Positions 11,291 to 20,929 of a stretch of 64,000 nt of DNA are shown here, piece after piece. This DNA comes from a virus. Location of the stretch: IMG/VR virus record IMGVR_UViG_3300043446_004488, positions 1 to 64,000 of that record. One strand, 5' to 3'. How positions within the stretch are numbered: the first letter of the stretch is position 1; every line of letters begins with the position of its first letter. The translations under genes and the position numbers were made by a program. The notes below the pieces were generated by a model. The model saw only the letters and a list, made by a program, of their open reading frames with translations. It had not been told where the DNA came from and did not search any database.

Positions 11291-11321
11291 TGGGTTCCCT
11301 ATCCCCCTTTTATATTGTTAT

Positions 11322-14300
11322 TTAGGCAATCCTCATAATAAAGGCAAGTGCATAGTATGGAGGCAGATTTGCATTTGTTCCAGAAGAACCTGTGGAATTA
11401 GTTGTAAATGTATGAGTGTGTCTGCCATTAACATCAGTGTCTCCAAGATGTGCTTCTCCAATTTGTTGTCCTATTGTCTCATTAGCAACTCCAAGTGTTC
11501 CATTTCCAGTAATTGAACCAGTATCAGTAAGAAATCCTCCAGTTCCACCATCTACACTAGGATCTCCACTATCAGTTGATATTTGAATCGTGTGTGTATG
11601 TCTTCCAGAAGCAACTGTAGTTCCTGTATGAGTGTGAGCAACTACAATAGCATCTGTGCTACCCCCAGTTCCTGCAACTGAATAGTTACTTCCAGCACCA
11701 ACAACAAATCTATCTCTCAGGTTTGGTGTTCCATTAGTTCCATCACAAAGATTCCATCCTGTTGGAATAGATGCAATTGTTCCAGACCACATGATGATAC
11801 CTCCAACTGGAATTGTTCCATTTCCAATAAATGAAGACCCAGCACCCACTGTTAAATCTCCACTTACATCTACATCAGAATTAAATGTAGAAATTCCAGA
11901 AACATTTAAACTTTTTACTGATCCTGGTGCAGTTGATGAATCAAGTTCAGAATTTACAATCAAATTATTAACAATTAATGTATCAAAACTAGCTTCTTGA
12001 GATCCTGCTCCTCCACCAGTAGATATAGTTCCATCATCACCAACTTCAAGACCTGTTGCAGCATCCCATCTCTTTCTTCCAATAAAGAATTCACCATTAC
12101 TATTCATTCCACTATAAACTATTAATCCACCTTTATTTGAAAGTGCTTGAGAAATTCTAGTTTCATCTTGAGTCAGAACTTTTGTCTGATTGCTGGGCAT
12201 TGCAGTGGAATAATTTCCAGGACCAAATCCAACATATTCGAATGTATGTCCAGATGCTCTTAGAATTGAAGGTCTTCTCAATTCTACTGGAATAATTTGA
12301 ATTGTTTTAACTGAAGTATTTGCAGAATGTTCTACTGCTTGTGTCCCAAATAAACCTCTTCTTACATAAACTGTACCTCCAGTAATTCTGGTCACTAACA
12401 TAATCTCATTTGAAACCTGAATAAAGTCACCTTTTTTCAGTCCTTGAAGATTATTTACAGCAATTGAAGAGGAAGAAACAGTAACTAATGTAGAGACCTC
12501 ACTCTTAAATAAAGAATATGGAACAAAAGCTCTTGTGTTTAAATTTTCATTTTGAGAATTTGTATCCTTAAGAGTTGGAATGAATCCAACAGAATACACT
12601 CTAGTAGCTGAACTGACATTTCCCTCTACAGTAAATGTAGTAACTCCAGTTACACTGGTAACTGTACAAATTCCAAGAGCACTGTTATCAAATATAACTT
12701 TATTTCCTACAGCAAATGAATGAGGAGTTGGTGGAACAGAAGGAGTAGTGATTGTGGTAATTCCTGTGGTGGAATTATAAACTGCAGATGCAATTGGATA
12801 TCCAACACCAGACATTACAAAGACTGCATTTGTTGTTGCCTCTGTAGCACCAGAAGAATTTTCAAATGTAATTGTATTTGGTGTTACTGAAGAAATTACA
12901 AATACTCCATTATTTCCAGAGTTTGTTGCTCCAAAAATTTGAATTGTATCTGGGTCACTTGCATCAAAGTTTAATCCTTGAGATGCTTGAATTTGTACAG
13001 TAGTTGTTGAAGTTGACCCAGGTATTCCTTTGATGGTCAATGACTCTCCTGAAGCATATCCAGAACCTGGATTTGAAATTTCAAAACTACCTGGAATACC
13101 TCCACTTACAGTCAGATTTACAGTAGCACCTTCTCCACTTCCACCACAAAGAGGGATATCATAGTATGTGCCATTTGAATATCCAGAACCAGCAGAAAGA
13201 ATATTAACTTTTCTAATTCCTCCTAATCCATGATTTTGTGTAGTTGTAATCGTGACATTATTACCAGATTTTGAGAATCCAGAAATTGTTTTTCCTAAAT
13301 CAAAATCTTTTAAAAATTGAACAATCCCTTCTTTTGTAGAACTTAAATATGGGTCATTAATATTAACTAATCCAATTGTGCTTCTTGAAGCTGCAGTTGT
13401 AGAGGGATCTGGATCTACATTTAGATTATCAGGGTCTTTTTGAGGATAAACATTATCTAAACTCTGTCCAAACTTATAATCATCAGAAGAAGAGAATGGA
13501 GAAGAAGAAGGAGTATTTTTAAATACATCTAATGTAATGTGATAAATTCCATCTGTAGAACCTTCAACATATTTTTGTATTTGTTTAATGTTATATGCTT
13601 GATAGTGATTTTCAATTTGATCGCAAGTAAAGAAAGGAAGATCACCTCTATTAGAATCATAAATTGTATATGGTGCAACCTCAAAACTAGAAGATTGTGA
13701 ACAATCTCTTGGAAGACTTAACCAATTTGCAGTTGTAGAAACTCCTGCAGTAATTGTTCCAGGATCTACTGAAATTGTATATGTAAATGTTAACTCATCA
13801 ACTACAGAAGCAACTTCAAACTCTCCATTAAATCCTGTTCCAGTTCCAAGTCCAACTGGTGTTGGTTCATTAGAACTTTTTAAATTATAAATGCTTACTT
13901 TGTTTCCAACCTTAAGATTGTGAGGGTTCTTTGTTGCAATAGTAACATCCCCACCTGTAGAAACTCCAACAAAAGAAGCATCAATAATTACATTTTTATT
14001 CCTTACCTGAGAAATTCCTTGAGTTAATTCAGTATTTGTTGATTGAGGATAAACATCATTTAACAGACTTCCAGATTTTTGGAAGATAAATCCTGATGCT
14101 GGAACTGAAGCATTTGTAGCATCTTTTGGAACTACATATCTAATTCTATATGCTCTGTCATCATTTGATCTAGAATCAAAAATTCTTTTTAAGTAAACTA
14201 CAGAATCTGCTACTCCAGAAACAAATCCTGCAGAAGGAGATGTAATTGAAATATACCAATTCTTATTGGTATCATCCCACTGTACTGGGCTTCCAACACT

Positions 14301-16376
14301 TCCAGAGGATCTATCAGATACTCTACTTACAAGATATAAATTATTTGCAGTAACTCCTACTGAACTTGTAATATCTACAGGACCAGATCCTGCATTACAA
14401 CTTGTAAGATTTTCATAAATTTCTACATTATTTCCAGAAATTGGTCTTACAAAATATGTTTGATTATGAACAATACCATCAGGAAGTAATGAATTCTTTG
14501 CTATAATTTTTACTGCTAATCCAGTGCTAATTCCAGAAACACTAGACAAAGTTAATCTATCAGTAGAGGTATTAATAGATGTAATATTTGTTTCTATTTT
14601 ACCATTTGGACTAATGGTTGCACTATACTCAACATCCCCAATATTATAGTAAATTTTATCATCTGTTCTACCACCAATTGCATATCCTCTAATTTTATTT
14701 TTTGGTGGACTTAAAATATCATTATATCCATCCAAATAAATCTTGGAACTTGTATTTGTTATGGAAGAGGTAATTGTATAAACATTAATGTTTTGTTCAT
14801 TAAGTGCAACATCCTTTGGAGGAATTAAATGCGTTATAAATCCATGATCATCTTTGGGGAATGCATTTGCTTTAAATCCTTTAGAGAATAATGCATTTTG
14901 ACCAAAGTTGGAGTTAGAGTTTGTAATACTTTGGTCTCCACCAGTGTCAGAAACAAATTGATTTGCATATCCAATTGCAAAAATTGAGACGCACTGAATA
15001 AATGCATCATTAGATGCTTTAATGTGGAAACTTGACCACTCTGGCCTATAAACAGAATCAGATTCTTGATGTAAAAATTCAGTAAAACCACTTTGATATA
15101 AGTAATTTCCAGTTGTTTCATCATATTTTACAAATGCTCTGTCATCTTTCTGAAGAGAAATACCTGTAAATTGAGCAGTCACCATGGATCTGAATCCAGT
15201 TGCCTTAGACCCATCTGCATGAAGTCCATTCATACCATAAACAGACTTCAGGCTACAGTTGAAAATGTATGGTGAAGATGAAGTTGTAGTATCCGAAATA
15301 ACTTTAACTGATGCTCCACTTACACTTGGGTTTAAAGTTGATACAGGAGCTGTAACTGTTAAATATGTAAATCTTGTTGATGAAAGAACTTGAGATACTA
15401 TAAAGTTTCCATTATATTCTGCTGGATCTGCATCAAGACCCACTCCAGAAATTAAAATTGGAGTAAGTGGTGATAATTCATGTTCTGTTTCTGTATCTAC
15501 TGTAATTACATTAGAACCAACAGTCCCAGTTACATCAGAAATATTAATTGCTCCTGCACCAAGTTCTCCAACAATTCTATATTCATCTGTATTTGGTTGG
15601 AAATTTAAATATCCATCAATTACACTTCTTCCTGATTGCTGACCATATCCAAGAGCCAACTTGTAATAATACATCTCAAGGTCAGTATGACCAGTATCAA
15701 CAGAATTTTTAATTACATGATTCACACCATCTGCATATTCAAATGCAGTCAGTTTGTGGTGAGAATATGATGGAGTAACTTTATTTGTACCATAAGTATT
15801 AAAAACTTTACCCAGAGGATCACCATCATAAATGGTAAATCCAAAAAAGTAGCAAGAACCAGTTAATCTAAAAATTGCAGTTTTTTCATAATCATCATTT
15901 TCAGGATCTGGAACATATAATGGACGAATTTTTGTTTTTCTTAAATCCGTTGCAACAAGTGAAGTTCCTTTGGGAAGAATGACTCCACCATTTATACTAT
16001 TATAAACATAAAGTTCATTATCAACATCTGTAATATCAAAATTACTTAGAATGTTAAATTCAGAAATTGTTTTTGTTGAACCATTAATATCTTTAACAAC
16101 ATTACTTGAATCAACATAGTATCCAGGTCTATTATCAATGTAATGTGTTCCTGGAGAAATCATAATTGTAGTCTGGTCAAACAGGTCGTTGTTTGATCCA
16201 GCAACATATGAAAATCTAGCTGCCTCTAAAAGTGCTCTTTGGATTGTCTTGAATGGACGTAATCTTGAATTTCCTCTATTTTCAATTGAATCAGTTGCAT
16301 CTAACTCATTTGGATCTACATATAAGGTATTACCACTCAGATTTTTAAGAAAATTCTCTAATCGTGCTAAAGGCAT
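11322..16376 (-). CDS. Long tail fibre/baseplate-associated protein with C-terminal tail-collar domain
   Basis: 1684 aa; C-terminus IPVGGIIMWSG..PTGWNLCDG..PNLRDRF, HTH triplets and LPPYYALAFIMR. Confidence 0.8.
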   Translation of the reverse strand: MPLARLENFLKNLSGNTLYVDPNELDATDSIENRGNSRLRPFKTIQRALLEAARFSYVAGSNNDLFDQTTIMISPGTHYIDNRPGYYVDSSNVVKDINGSTKTISEFNILSNFDITDVDNELYVYNSINGGVILPKGTSLVATDLRKTKIRPLYVPDPENDDYEKTAIFRLTGSCYFFGFTIYDGDPLGKVFNTYGTNKVTPSYSHHKLTAFEYADGVNHVIKNSVDTGHTDLEMYYYKLALGYGQQSGRSVIDGYLNFQPNTDEYRIVGELGAGAINISDVTGTVGSNVITVDTETEHELSPLTPILISGVGLDADPAEYNGNFIVSQVLSSTRFTYLTVTAPVSTLNPSVSGASVKVISDTTTSSSPYIFNCSLKSVYGMNGLHADGSKATGFRSMVTAQFTGISLQKDDRAFVKYDETTGNYLYQSGFTEFLHQESDSVYRPEWSSFHIKASNDAFIQCVSIFAIGYANQFVSDTGGDQSITNSNSNFGQNALFSKGFKANAFPKDDHGFITHLIPPKDVALNEQNINVYTITSSITNTSSKIYLDGYNDILSPPKNKIRGYAIGGRTDDKIYYNIGDVEYSATISPNGKIETNITSINTSTDRLTLSSVSGISTGLAVKIIAKNSLLPDGIVHNQTYFVRPISGNNVEIYENLTSCNAGSGPVDITSSVGVTANNLYLVSRVSDRSSGSVGSPVQWDDTNKNWYISITSPSAGFVSGVADSVVYLKRIFDSRSNDDRAYRIRYVVPKDATNASVPASGFIFQKSGSLLNDVYPQSTNTELTQGISQVRNKNVIIDASFVGVSTGGDVTIATKNPHNLKVGNKVSIYNLKSSNEPTPVGLGTGTGFNGEFEVASVVDELTFTYTISVDPGTITAGVSTTANWLSLPRDCSQSSSFEVAPYTIYDSNRGDLPFFTCDQIENHYQAYNIKQIQKYVEGSTDGIYHITLDVFKNTPSSSPFSSSDDYKFGQSLDNVYPQKDPDNLNVDPDPSTTAASRSTIGLVNINDPYLSSTKEGIVQFLKDFDLGKTISGFSKSGNNVTITTTQNHGLGGIRKVNILSAGSGYSNGTYYDIPLCGGSGEGATVNLTVSGGIPGSFEISNPGSGYASGESLTIKGIPGSTSTTTVQIQASQGLNFDASDPDTIQIFGATNSGNNGVFVISSVTPNTITFENSSGATEATTNAVFVMSGVGYPIASAVYNSTTGITTITTPSVPPTPHSFAVGNKVIFDNSALGICTVTSVTGVTTFTVEGNVSSATRVYSVGFIPTLKDTNSQNENLNTRAFVPYSLFKSEVSTLVTVSSSSIAVNNLQGLKKGDFIQVSNEIMLVTRITGGTVYVRRGLFGTQAVEHSANTSVKTIQIIPVELRRPSILRASGHTFEYVGFGPGNYSTAMPSNQTKVLTQDETRISQALSNKGGLIVYSGMNSNGEFFIGRKRWDAATGLEVGDDGTISTGGGAGSQEASFDTLIVNNLIVNSELDSSTAPGSVKSLNVSGISTFNSDVDVSGDLTVGAGSSFIGNGTIPVGGIIMWSGTIASIPTGWNLCDGTNGTPNLRDRFVVGAGSNYSVAGTGGSTDAIVVAHTHTGTTVASGRHTHTIQISTDSGDPSVDGGTGGFLTDTGSITGNGTLGVANETIGQQIGEAHLGDTDVNGRHTHTFTTNSTGSSGTNANLPPYYALAFIMRIA

Positions 16377-16410
16377 TTCAGATTATCCTTTAATTATACT
16401 TCTTCTGTCT

Positions 16411-16426
16411 TATTTATCAATAAATA
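16411..16426. promoter_or_regulatory. Back-to-back T4-type late promoters (ATAAATA on both strands)
   Basis: TATTTAT-CA-ATAAATA between divergent genes 16376(-) and 16446(+). Confidence 0.65.
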
Positions 16427-16445
16427 GGATTACCAATATTTTTGA

Positions 16446-17171
16446 ATGATGGCAATCAGCACGCAAACTGAAGCACTTATTGAGTTATATAATCAAAAAA
16501 TTACCTTAGATACTCAACAGATAAATCAAGTCAATTATGTTCAGGCAGGATATGTAATTCAAACTGGTGTAGGAGATACTGAAAGATTTAAAGTTTGGGG
16601 AACTAATGAGATTATAGAAAATTATAATTATTCTATTTCAAAATTAGACAATCAAATTATTGCTTTAAATACTGAAATTCAAGACTTGCAGAATGATATT
16701 TTAAATGTAAAACAAACTGCAAATAGTAATGGATGTCCTGGTGCTATTTGGCAAATTGGTTTTACAACAACCACTGAGTATGAAGATACTTTAAATTATG
16801 TTGGATATGGATTTACTGCACCAAATCCATTTTCTTCAATTTCTGGAATACTCACCACATCAAATGCTGGAATTGGAACATACAACTACACATCACAATC
16901 TTCCATTGGACAATATTTTGAACCAATAACTGGTGGAGGATGTACAAGTTATGTAAGTCAAATTAATGACCTTGAAACTCAAGTATCTTCTTTACAAGGA
17001 GAAAGAGATAACTTAATTATTAAAGTTAATACTCTTAAGGCAAGTAGAGTTTCAGCTGAATTACAAAATTATGCATACAATCAGTCAAAAAACCAACTTA
17101 ATGAATCAATTGCAACTAATACTGCAATTCTAACTTTCCTTCAAGATCCTGCAAATGCAGGATTTTTATGA
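16446..17171 (+). CDS. Hypothetical coiled-coil protein, probably structural
   Basis: 241-aa ORF behind a late-promoter motif; two coiled-coil stretches. Confidence 0.7.
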   Translation: MMAISTQTEALIELYNQKITLDTQQINQVNYVQAGYVIQTGVGDTERFKVWGTNEIIENYNYSISKLDNQIIALNTEIQDLQNDILNVKQTANSNGCPGAIWQIGFTTTTEYEDTLNYVGYGFTAPNPFSSISGILTTSNAGIGTYNYTSQSSIGQYFEPITGGGCTSYVSQINDLETQVSSLQGERDNLIIKVNTLKASRVSAELQNYAYNQSKNQLNESIATNTAILTFLQDPANAGFL

Positions 17172-17219
17172 AAAACCCTACAGGTCATTTTTTACCTGGA
17201 AATTTTCGAGGGGGTTTTT
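17171..17219. terminator. Probable bidirectional terminator hairpin
   Basis: AAAAACCC...CAGGT...ACCTG...GGGTTTTT between convergent transcripts. Confidence 0.5.
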
Positions 17220-17242
17220 GGAATTAAAAGTCAATTTTGATA

Positions 17243-17327
17243 TAGGAGTAGGGAGGGTCGAACTCCCACGGGATTAACTCCCAACGGATTTTAAGTCCGG
17301 TGCGTCTACCTATTCCGCCATACTCCC
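17243..17327 (-). tRNA. trnL: tRNA-Leu(UAA)
   Basis: GGGAGTA/TACTCCT acceptor stem, D-arm GGCGGAATAGGTAGACGC, anticodon loop CT-TAA-AA, long variable arm, GTTCGA T-loop; CCA not encoded. Confidence 0.95.
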
Positions 17328-17330
17328 AGA

Positions 17331-17395
17331 TGAGGACTTACCCAGCCTCAGGTTTCCCTTCATAGGCACGGTGCCTCAGCACTTCCTTCACACCC
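17331..17395 (-). ncRNA. Putative structured leader RNA with a k-turn, upstream of the tRNA
   Basis: UGAGG/CCUCA outer stem enclosing GCC-UAU-GA-AGG-GAAA-CCU-GA-GGC. Confidence 0.45.
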
Positions 17396-17399
17396 AATT

Positions 17400-17428
17400 A
17401 TTTTAGAAGAAGAAGCAACCTTTGTCAA
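17400..17428 (-). promoter_or_regulatory. Sigma70-type promoter for leader RNA and tRNA-Leu
   Basis: TTGACA-17nt-TAAAAT. Confidence 0.75.
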
Positions 17429-17595
17429 CCATCATAGACCAGTTGACCACGAAGTTCTGCAAGTTTTGCCTGTGCAAAGCACTCCACACAAGTCCAATAG
17501 ACCTCACCACTGACCATATTGGAATCAGCAAAATGTGCAGCAATATCTTCCTGAAGTCCTTTCAGTTCTTCCAGTTGGTCACGATCAATGTGCAT
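17425..17595 (-). CDS. Small hypothetical protein (56 aa)
   Basis: Not in track: MHIDRDQLEELKGLQEDIAAHFADSNMVSGEVYWTCVECFAQAKLAELRGQLVYDG; has its own sigma70-like promoter. Confidence 0.7.
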   Translation of the reverse strand: MHIDRDQLEELKGLQEDIAAHFADSNMVSGEVYWTCVECFAQAKLAELRGQLVYDG

Positions 17596-17622
17596 AGTTG
17601 ATAGGGGGTTGCTTACCTATCC

Positions 17623-17678
17623 ATCATAGCACTAGGAGCAGCATTCTGCAAGCTTGGTGGACAGTTCTTGAATCGTCT
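17623..17678 (-). promoter_or_regulatory. Sigma70-type promoter with upstream GAC(A/G)-N10-TGTC dyad
   Basis: TTGCAG-17nt-TATGAT preceded by GACGATTCAAGAACTGTCC. Confidence 0.55.
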
Positions 17679-18330
17679 CCTTGAGTGAATTAATTTGTTC
17701 TTGTTGTTCTTTCATTCCTTCAATTAAAAGTGCAACAAGATTTTCATATTTAATACTTTTTAATGTTTGACTTTCTATAGTTTCATTTCTAACAACTTCT
17801 GGAATAATTTCTTCTACTTCTTGTGCTATTAATCCTATCTGTCTATCTTCTTCTTTTGCTCTTTGTGGAACAACAGTTTCATCCCAATCAAAACTAACTC
17901 CTCTCAAATTTAAAACTTTTTCTAAGGAATTTATAAGTGGTTCTACATTCTTTTTTGCTGTTTGATCTGAACATGGAGCAACACAAATGGATGATCCATT
18001 CTTTTTCCAAGGTCCCCAAAGATTTCCATTTGGGGAAGAACTATTTGAGGTTGGAGTAACATTATCTTGAGTTGGTTCTACATTTAATTGACCACCAACA
18101 CCAGTTTTAAATCCAAGTAGATTACTGAGTCCAGTAATAGATTGTAATCCAAGTCCACCAAAAAGTCCTTGGGCAAGCAAAGCACCATTTATATTGGTAA
18201 TTCCAGTTGACTGTAAACTAAAAGGAACTGTTGGGTCTAAAGATGGCCAAGCGTCTATTGTGGCAATAGGAGGTGCTAATGCTGTTCCAGTTTGAATTGA
18301 TTCTGATTCAATAGTATTAATAGTTGCCAT
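17632..18330 (-). CDS. Tail spike-associated protein with peptidase S74-like chaperone domain
   Basis: CSDQTAKKNV...LRGVSFDW...IGLIAQEVEEIIPEVV...IKYENLVALLIEGMKE. Confidence 0.8.
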   Translation of the reverse strand: MATINTIESESIQTGTALAPPIATIDAWPSLDPTVPFSLQSTGITNINGALLAQGLFGGLGLQSITGLSNLLGFKTGVGGQLNVEPTQDNVTPTSNSSSPNGNLWGPWKKNGSSICVAPCSDQTAKKNVEPLINSLEKVLNLRGVSFDWDETVVPQRAKEEDRQIGLIAQEVEEIIPEVVRNETIESQTLKSIKYENLVALLIEGMKEQQEQINSLKETIQELSTKLAECCS

Positions 18331-18333
18331 AAG

Positions 18334-18900
18334 TTAATATCCAAATAAATTTGTAGCTAAGGTTTGAACAATGCTTAAAAGATTAGATGGACACAAAGAT
18401 ACTTTTGGTTCTACAATTGAAACACCAGCATTTGAATTTATATAGATTGGTCCAGGAGAACGAAGAAGCATTCTTGTTCTTGCACCAATTGCTACCACAG
18501 ATCCATCAAGTTTAATGGTATCATTTGCTTCTAATTGAAGATTTCCTTTAGATCTTATGACAAGATTTTGATCACTTCCAGAGGATTCAAATCTTATAGT
18601 TCTTGCAGATAGTGTAATTTCACCATTTCCAGCATCAAATCTTATATTATTTGCTTTTACTACTAATCCATCCTTAGATTGACTTAAGATATTATCAGCC
18701 TTGGTTGCACTTGATTGACTTTGTATTTCAAATCCACCATCCTTAAAAAGTTTTAGACAAGCATTTGATGCTGCATGTAATTCTATTTGGCGTTGTCTTT
18801 TGTCAGGAGTATCTTCTCCAATAAAAATAGTTCCATAATTTGCATCATTAATTACATAACCATCCTTTGGTGGTTGATAATCAGACATGATCTTCTGCAC
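18334..18900 (-). CDS. gp5 C-terminal-like beta-helix spike protein
   Basis: Follows gp5; EDTPD..RQIELH plus short beta repeats. Confidence 0.55.
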   Translation of the reverse strand: MQKIMSDYQPPKDGYVINDANYGTIFIGEDTPDKRQRQIELHAASNACLKLFKDGGFEIQSQSSATKADNILSQSKDGLVVKANNIRFDAGNGEITLSARTIRFESSGSDQNLVIRSKGNLQLEANDTIKLDGSVVAIGARTRMLLRSPGPIYINSNAGVSIVEPKVSLCPSNLLSIVQTLATNLFGY

Positions 18901-20929
18901 AAAGTACTACTTGTTTTATCTTATTTGCATCAGTTTCTCCAGTAACTGGTTCAACTGGTTTAAACTCTAAGATAGGTTGAAGAATTGCTCCTTCTCCACT
19001 TTGGGTATTTATGATGAGTTCAGGAAGTGTTCTAACTGAACTTCCAGGATTTACAATAGTTACATCAATAATTCTTCCATCCAAATCAACCTTTGGATAA
19101 ATTTCAATATCACTATTTGAACATACACTATCTGTAATTAAATCAGTAGTTTGATATCCAATACCAGTTGTAAGAACTTTAACTCCAACAATAGTTCCAA
19201 TAACTTCTGATCCTGTTTGATCAATTGGATTTGTTGAACAAGGATCTCCTCCAGGGGTTAAGTATCCAGATCCAGGAGTATCCACAATTACAGAAACAAC
19301 TTTACCATCTTTAATAACTGCTGTTGCACTAGCTCCATTTCCATTTCCACAAGAATCTTCAACTGAAATATATGGAGGACTTGAATAACCAGTTCCAGAA
19401 TTTTGAACTGTAATTCCTATTAATTGTCCAAGAGCATCCACTACAGCAAGTCCTGTAGCTCCTGATCCCCCACCACCAAAAAATTGAATTGTTGGAAGAC
19501 CACAATCTAAATTTACTGCATCACAATATCCATAAGAAGATGACAAGTATGAAGATGTCTGATCAGATCCTGCACCAACAATTCCCAACCAAGTTTCAGC
19601 TGCTTGTTTACCATCTTGAATTGTCTGAGTTGGATAATTTAAAATCTTTTGAACATTTTCAATTGTTTCTTGAGGAATATATCCTTTATTCATTTGGTAA
19701 TTATAAACTGTTTTACATTCTGCTGATTCACAATCTAAGAAACTTAATGCTTGATTTGCATAATTTAATGCCTGAAAAACATAGTTATTAATTTCTCCAA
19801 TTGTTCCAGATAATGATGAAGTAAATTCACTCAATGCTGGTCCAATTGCATCACTAATTTCATTTGTGACTGTTGAAATAATACTTCCAACAAATGCCTC
19901 TGCTGCACAAATTGGAATATTAGTAATTGCACCAGCCAATTGCATCAAAAAATTAAAAACAAATTCTCCAATTCCTTTTAAAACTTTGGAAAATGCACAC
20001 CAAATACTATCAGCAACTTTATCTACAGCAAGTTGTTTTAATATTTTAATATCTTTAGGAAGAATTGAATTAATTGCTCCCTCCAACCAACTATAGAGAG
20101 ATTTCATAACTAAATCTCTCATATACTTAATATAATCACTAAACAAATCTGATAATGCAATTGCTGCTTCTTGTGCTAAACCAGGAAGGTCAGTAATCTT
20201 ATTAAAAATTGGATCAATAAATCCACTTTGAACTTGAAGATATGTATTTAAAACTCTAATAAATTTTCTTAGGGTTTGTACAATTTTAGAGTATGTAGAA
20301 TTTGAATTTTTACAAACTGGAGGTACTGATAATATTTGTTCCTGCCCAGGTCTATTTAAATCTACAGATTCTGCACCTTGAGTAGTTTGAAAAACTGCTG
20401 TACTTCCTATTCCTGAGTTTACTTTATTATCAACCAATGGAGATTTAGTAGATCCATTAGAATTAAAAGATCTACCAGTCAAATCTTTATTGTTTGGATT
20501 AAATGATGTAGTTCTTTTCTTAAATGGTTTAAATCCATTTGTACCTTCATTCCATCCATTAGAATGTTCTATTGTATACCCAGACCCTAAAGCACCTATG
20601 ATGACTGGTTGTTGTCCATTGTCACCATCAATAAAAAATCCTATAACTGTTTCTCCTCCTTTAGGAACATTATAGAAAACATTTCCTCCAGTTCCAGTTC
20701 CCATATTTAAAGGAACTAAAACATGTGCCCAAGGAAGTTCATCATCAGGAATTACTTTATTTGAATCTGGATGATATCCTATAATTCTAACTTTTGCTTT
20801 AAATCCCGAACCAACTTTATCTTGAGAAGAATCCAAGACAGAAACATATTGAGTTACTAATCCTATAAACCACCTAAAAGATTCTTTTCCTAAAAAGTTG
20901 GGACTAATTAGGGATTGTTCAAGCATCAT
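18881..20929 (-). CDS. gp5: Baseplate hub subunit gp5 (OB-fold N-terminus)
   Basis: FRWFIGLV...KVRIIGYH...LPWA...GETVIGFFIDGDNGQQPVIIG. Confidence 0.85.
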   Translation of the reverse strand: MMLEQSLISPNFLGKESFRWFIGLVTQYVSVLDSSQDKVGSGFKAKVRIIGYHPDSNKVIPDDELPWAHVLVPLNMGTGTGGNVFYNVPKGGETVIGFFIDGDNGQQPVIIGALGSGYTIEHSNGWNEGTNGFKPFKKRTTSFNPNNKDLTGRSFNSNGSTKSPLVDNKVNSGIGSTAVFQTTQGAESVDLNRPGQEQILSVPPVCKNSNSTYSKIVQTLRKFIRVLNTYLQVQSGFIDPIFNKITDLPGLAQEAAIALSDLFSDYIKYMRDLVMKSLYSWLEGAINSILPKDIKILKQLAVDKVADSIWCAFSKVLKGIGEFVFNFLMQLAGAITNIPICAAEAFVGSIISTVTNEISDAIGPALSEFTSSLSGTIGEINNYVFQALNYANQALSFLDCESAECKTVYNYQMNKGYIPQETIENVQKILNYPTQTIQDGKQAAETWLGIVGAGSDQTSSYLSSSYGYCDAVNLDCGLPTIQFFGGGGSGATGLAVVDALGQLIGITVQNSGTGYSSPPYISVEDSCGNGNGASATAVIKDGKVVSVIVDTPGSGYLTPGGDPCSTNPIDQTGSEVIGTIVGVKVLTTGIGYQTTDLITDSVCSNSDIEIYPKVDLDGRIIDVTIVNPGSSVRTLPELIINTQSGEGAILQPILEFKPVEPVTGETDANKIKQVVLCAEDHV

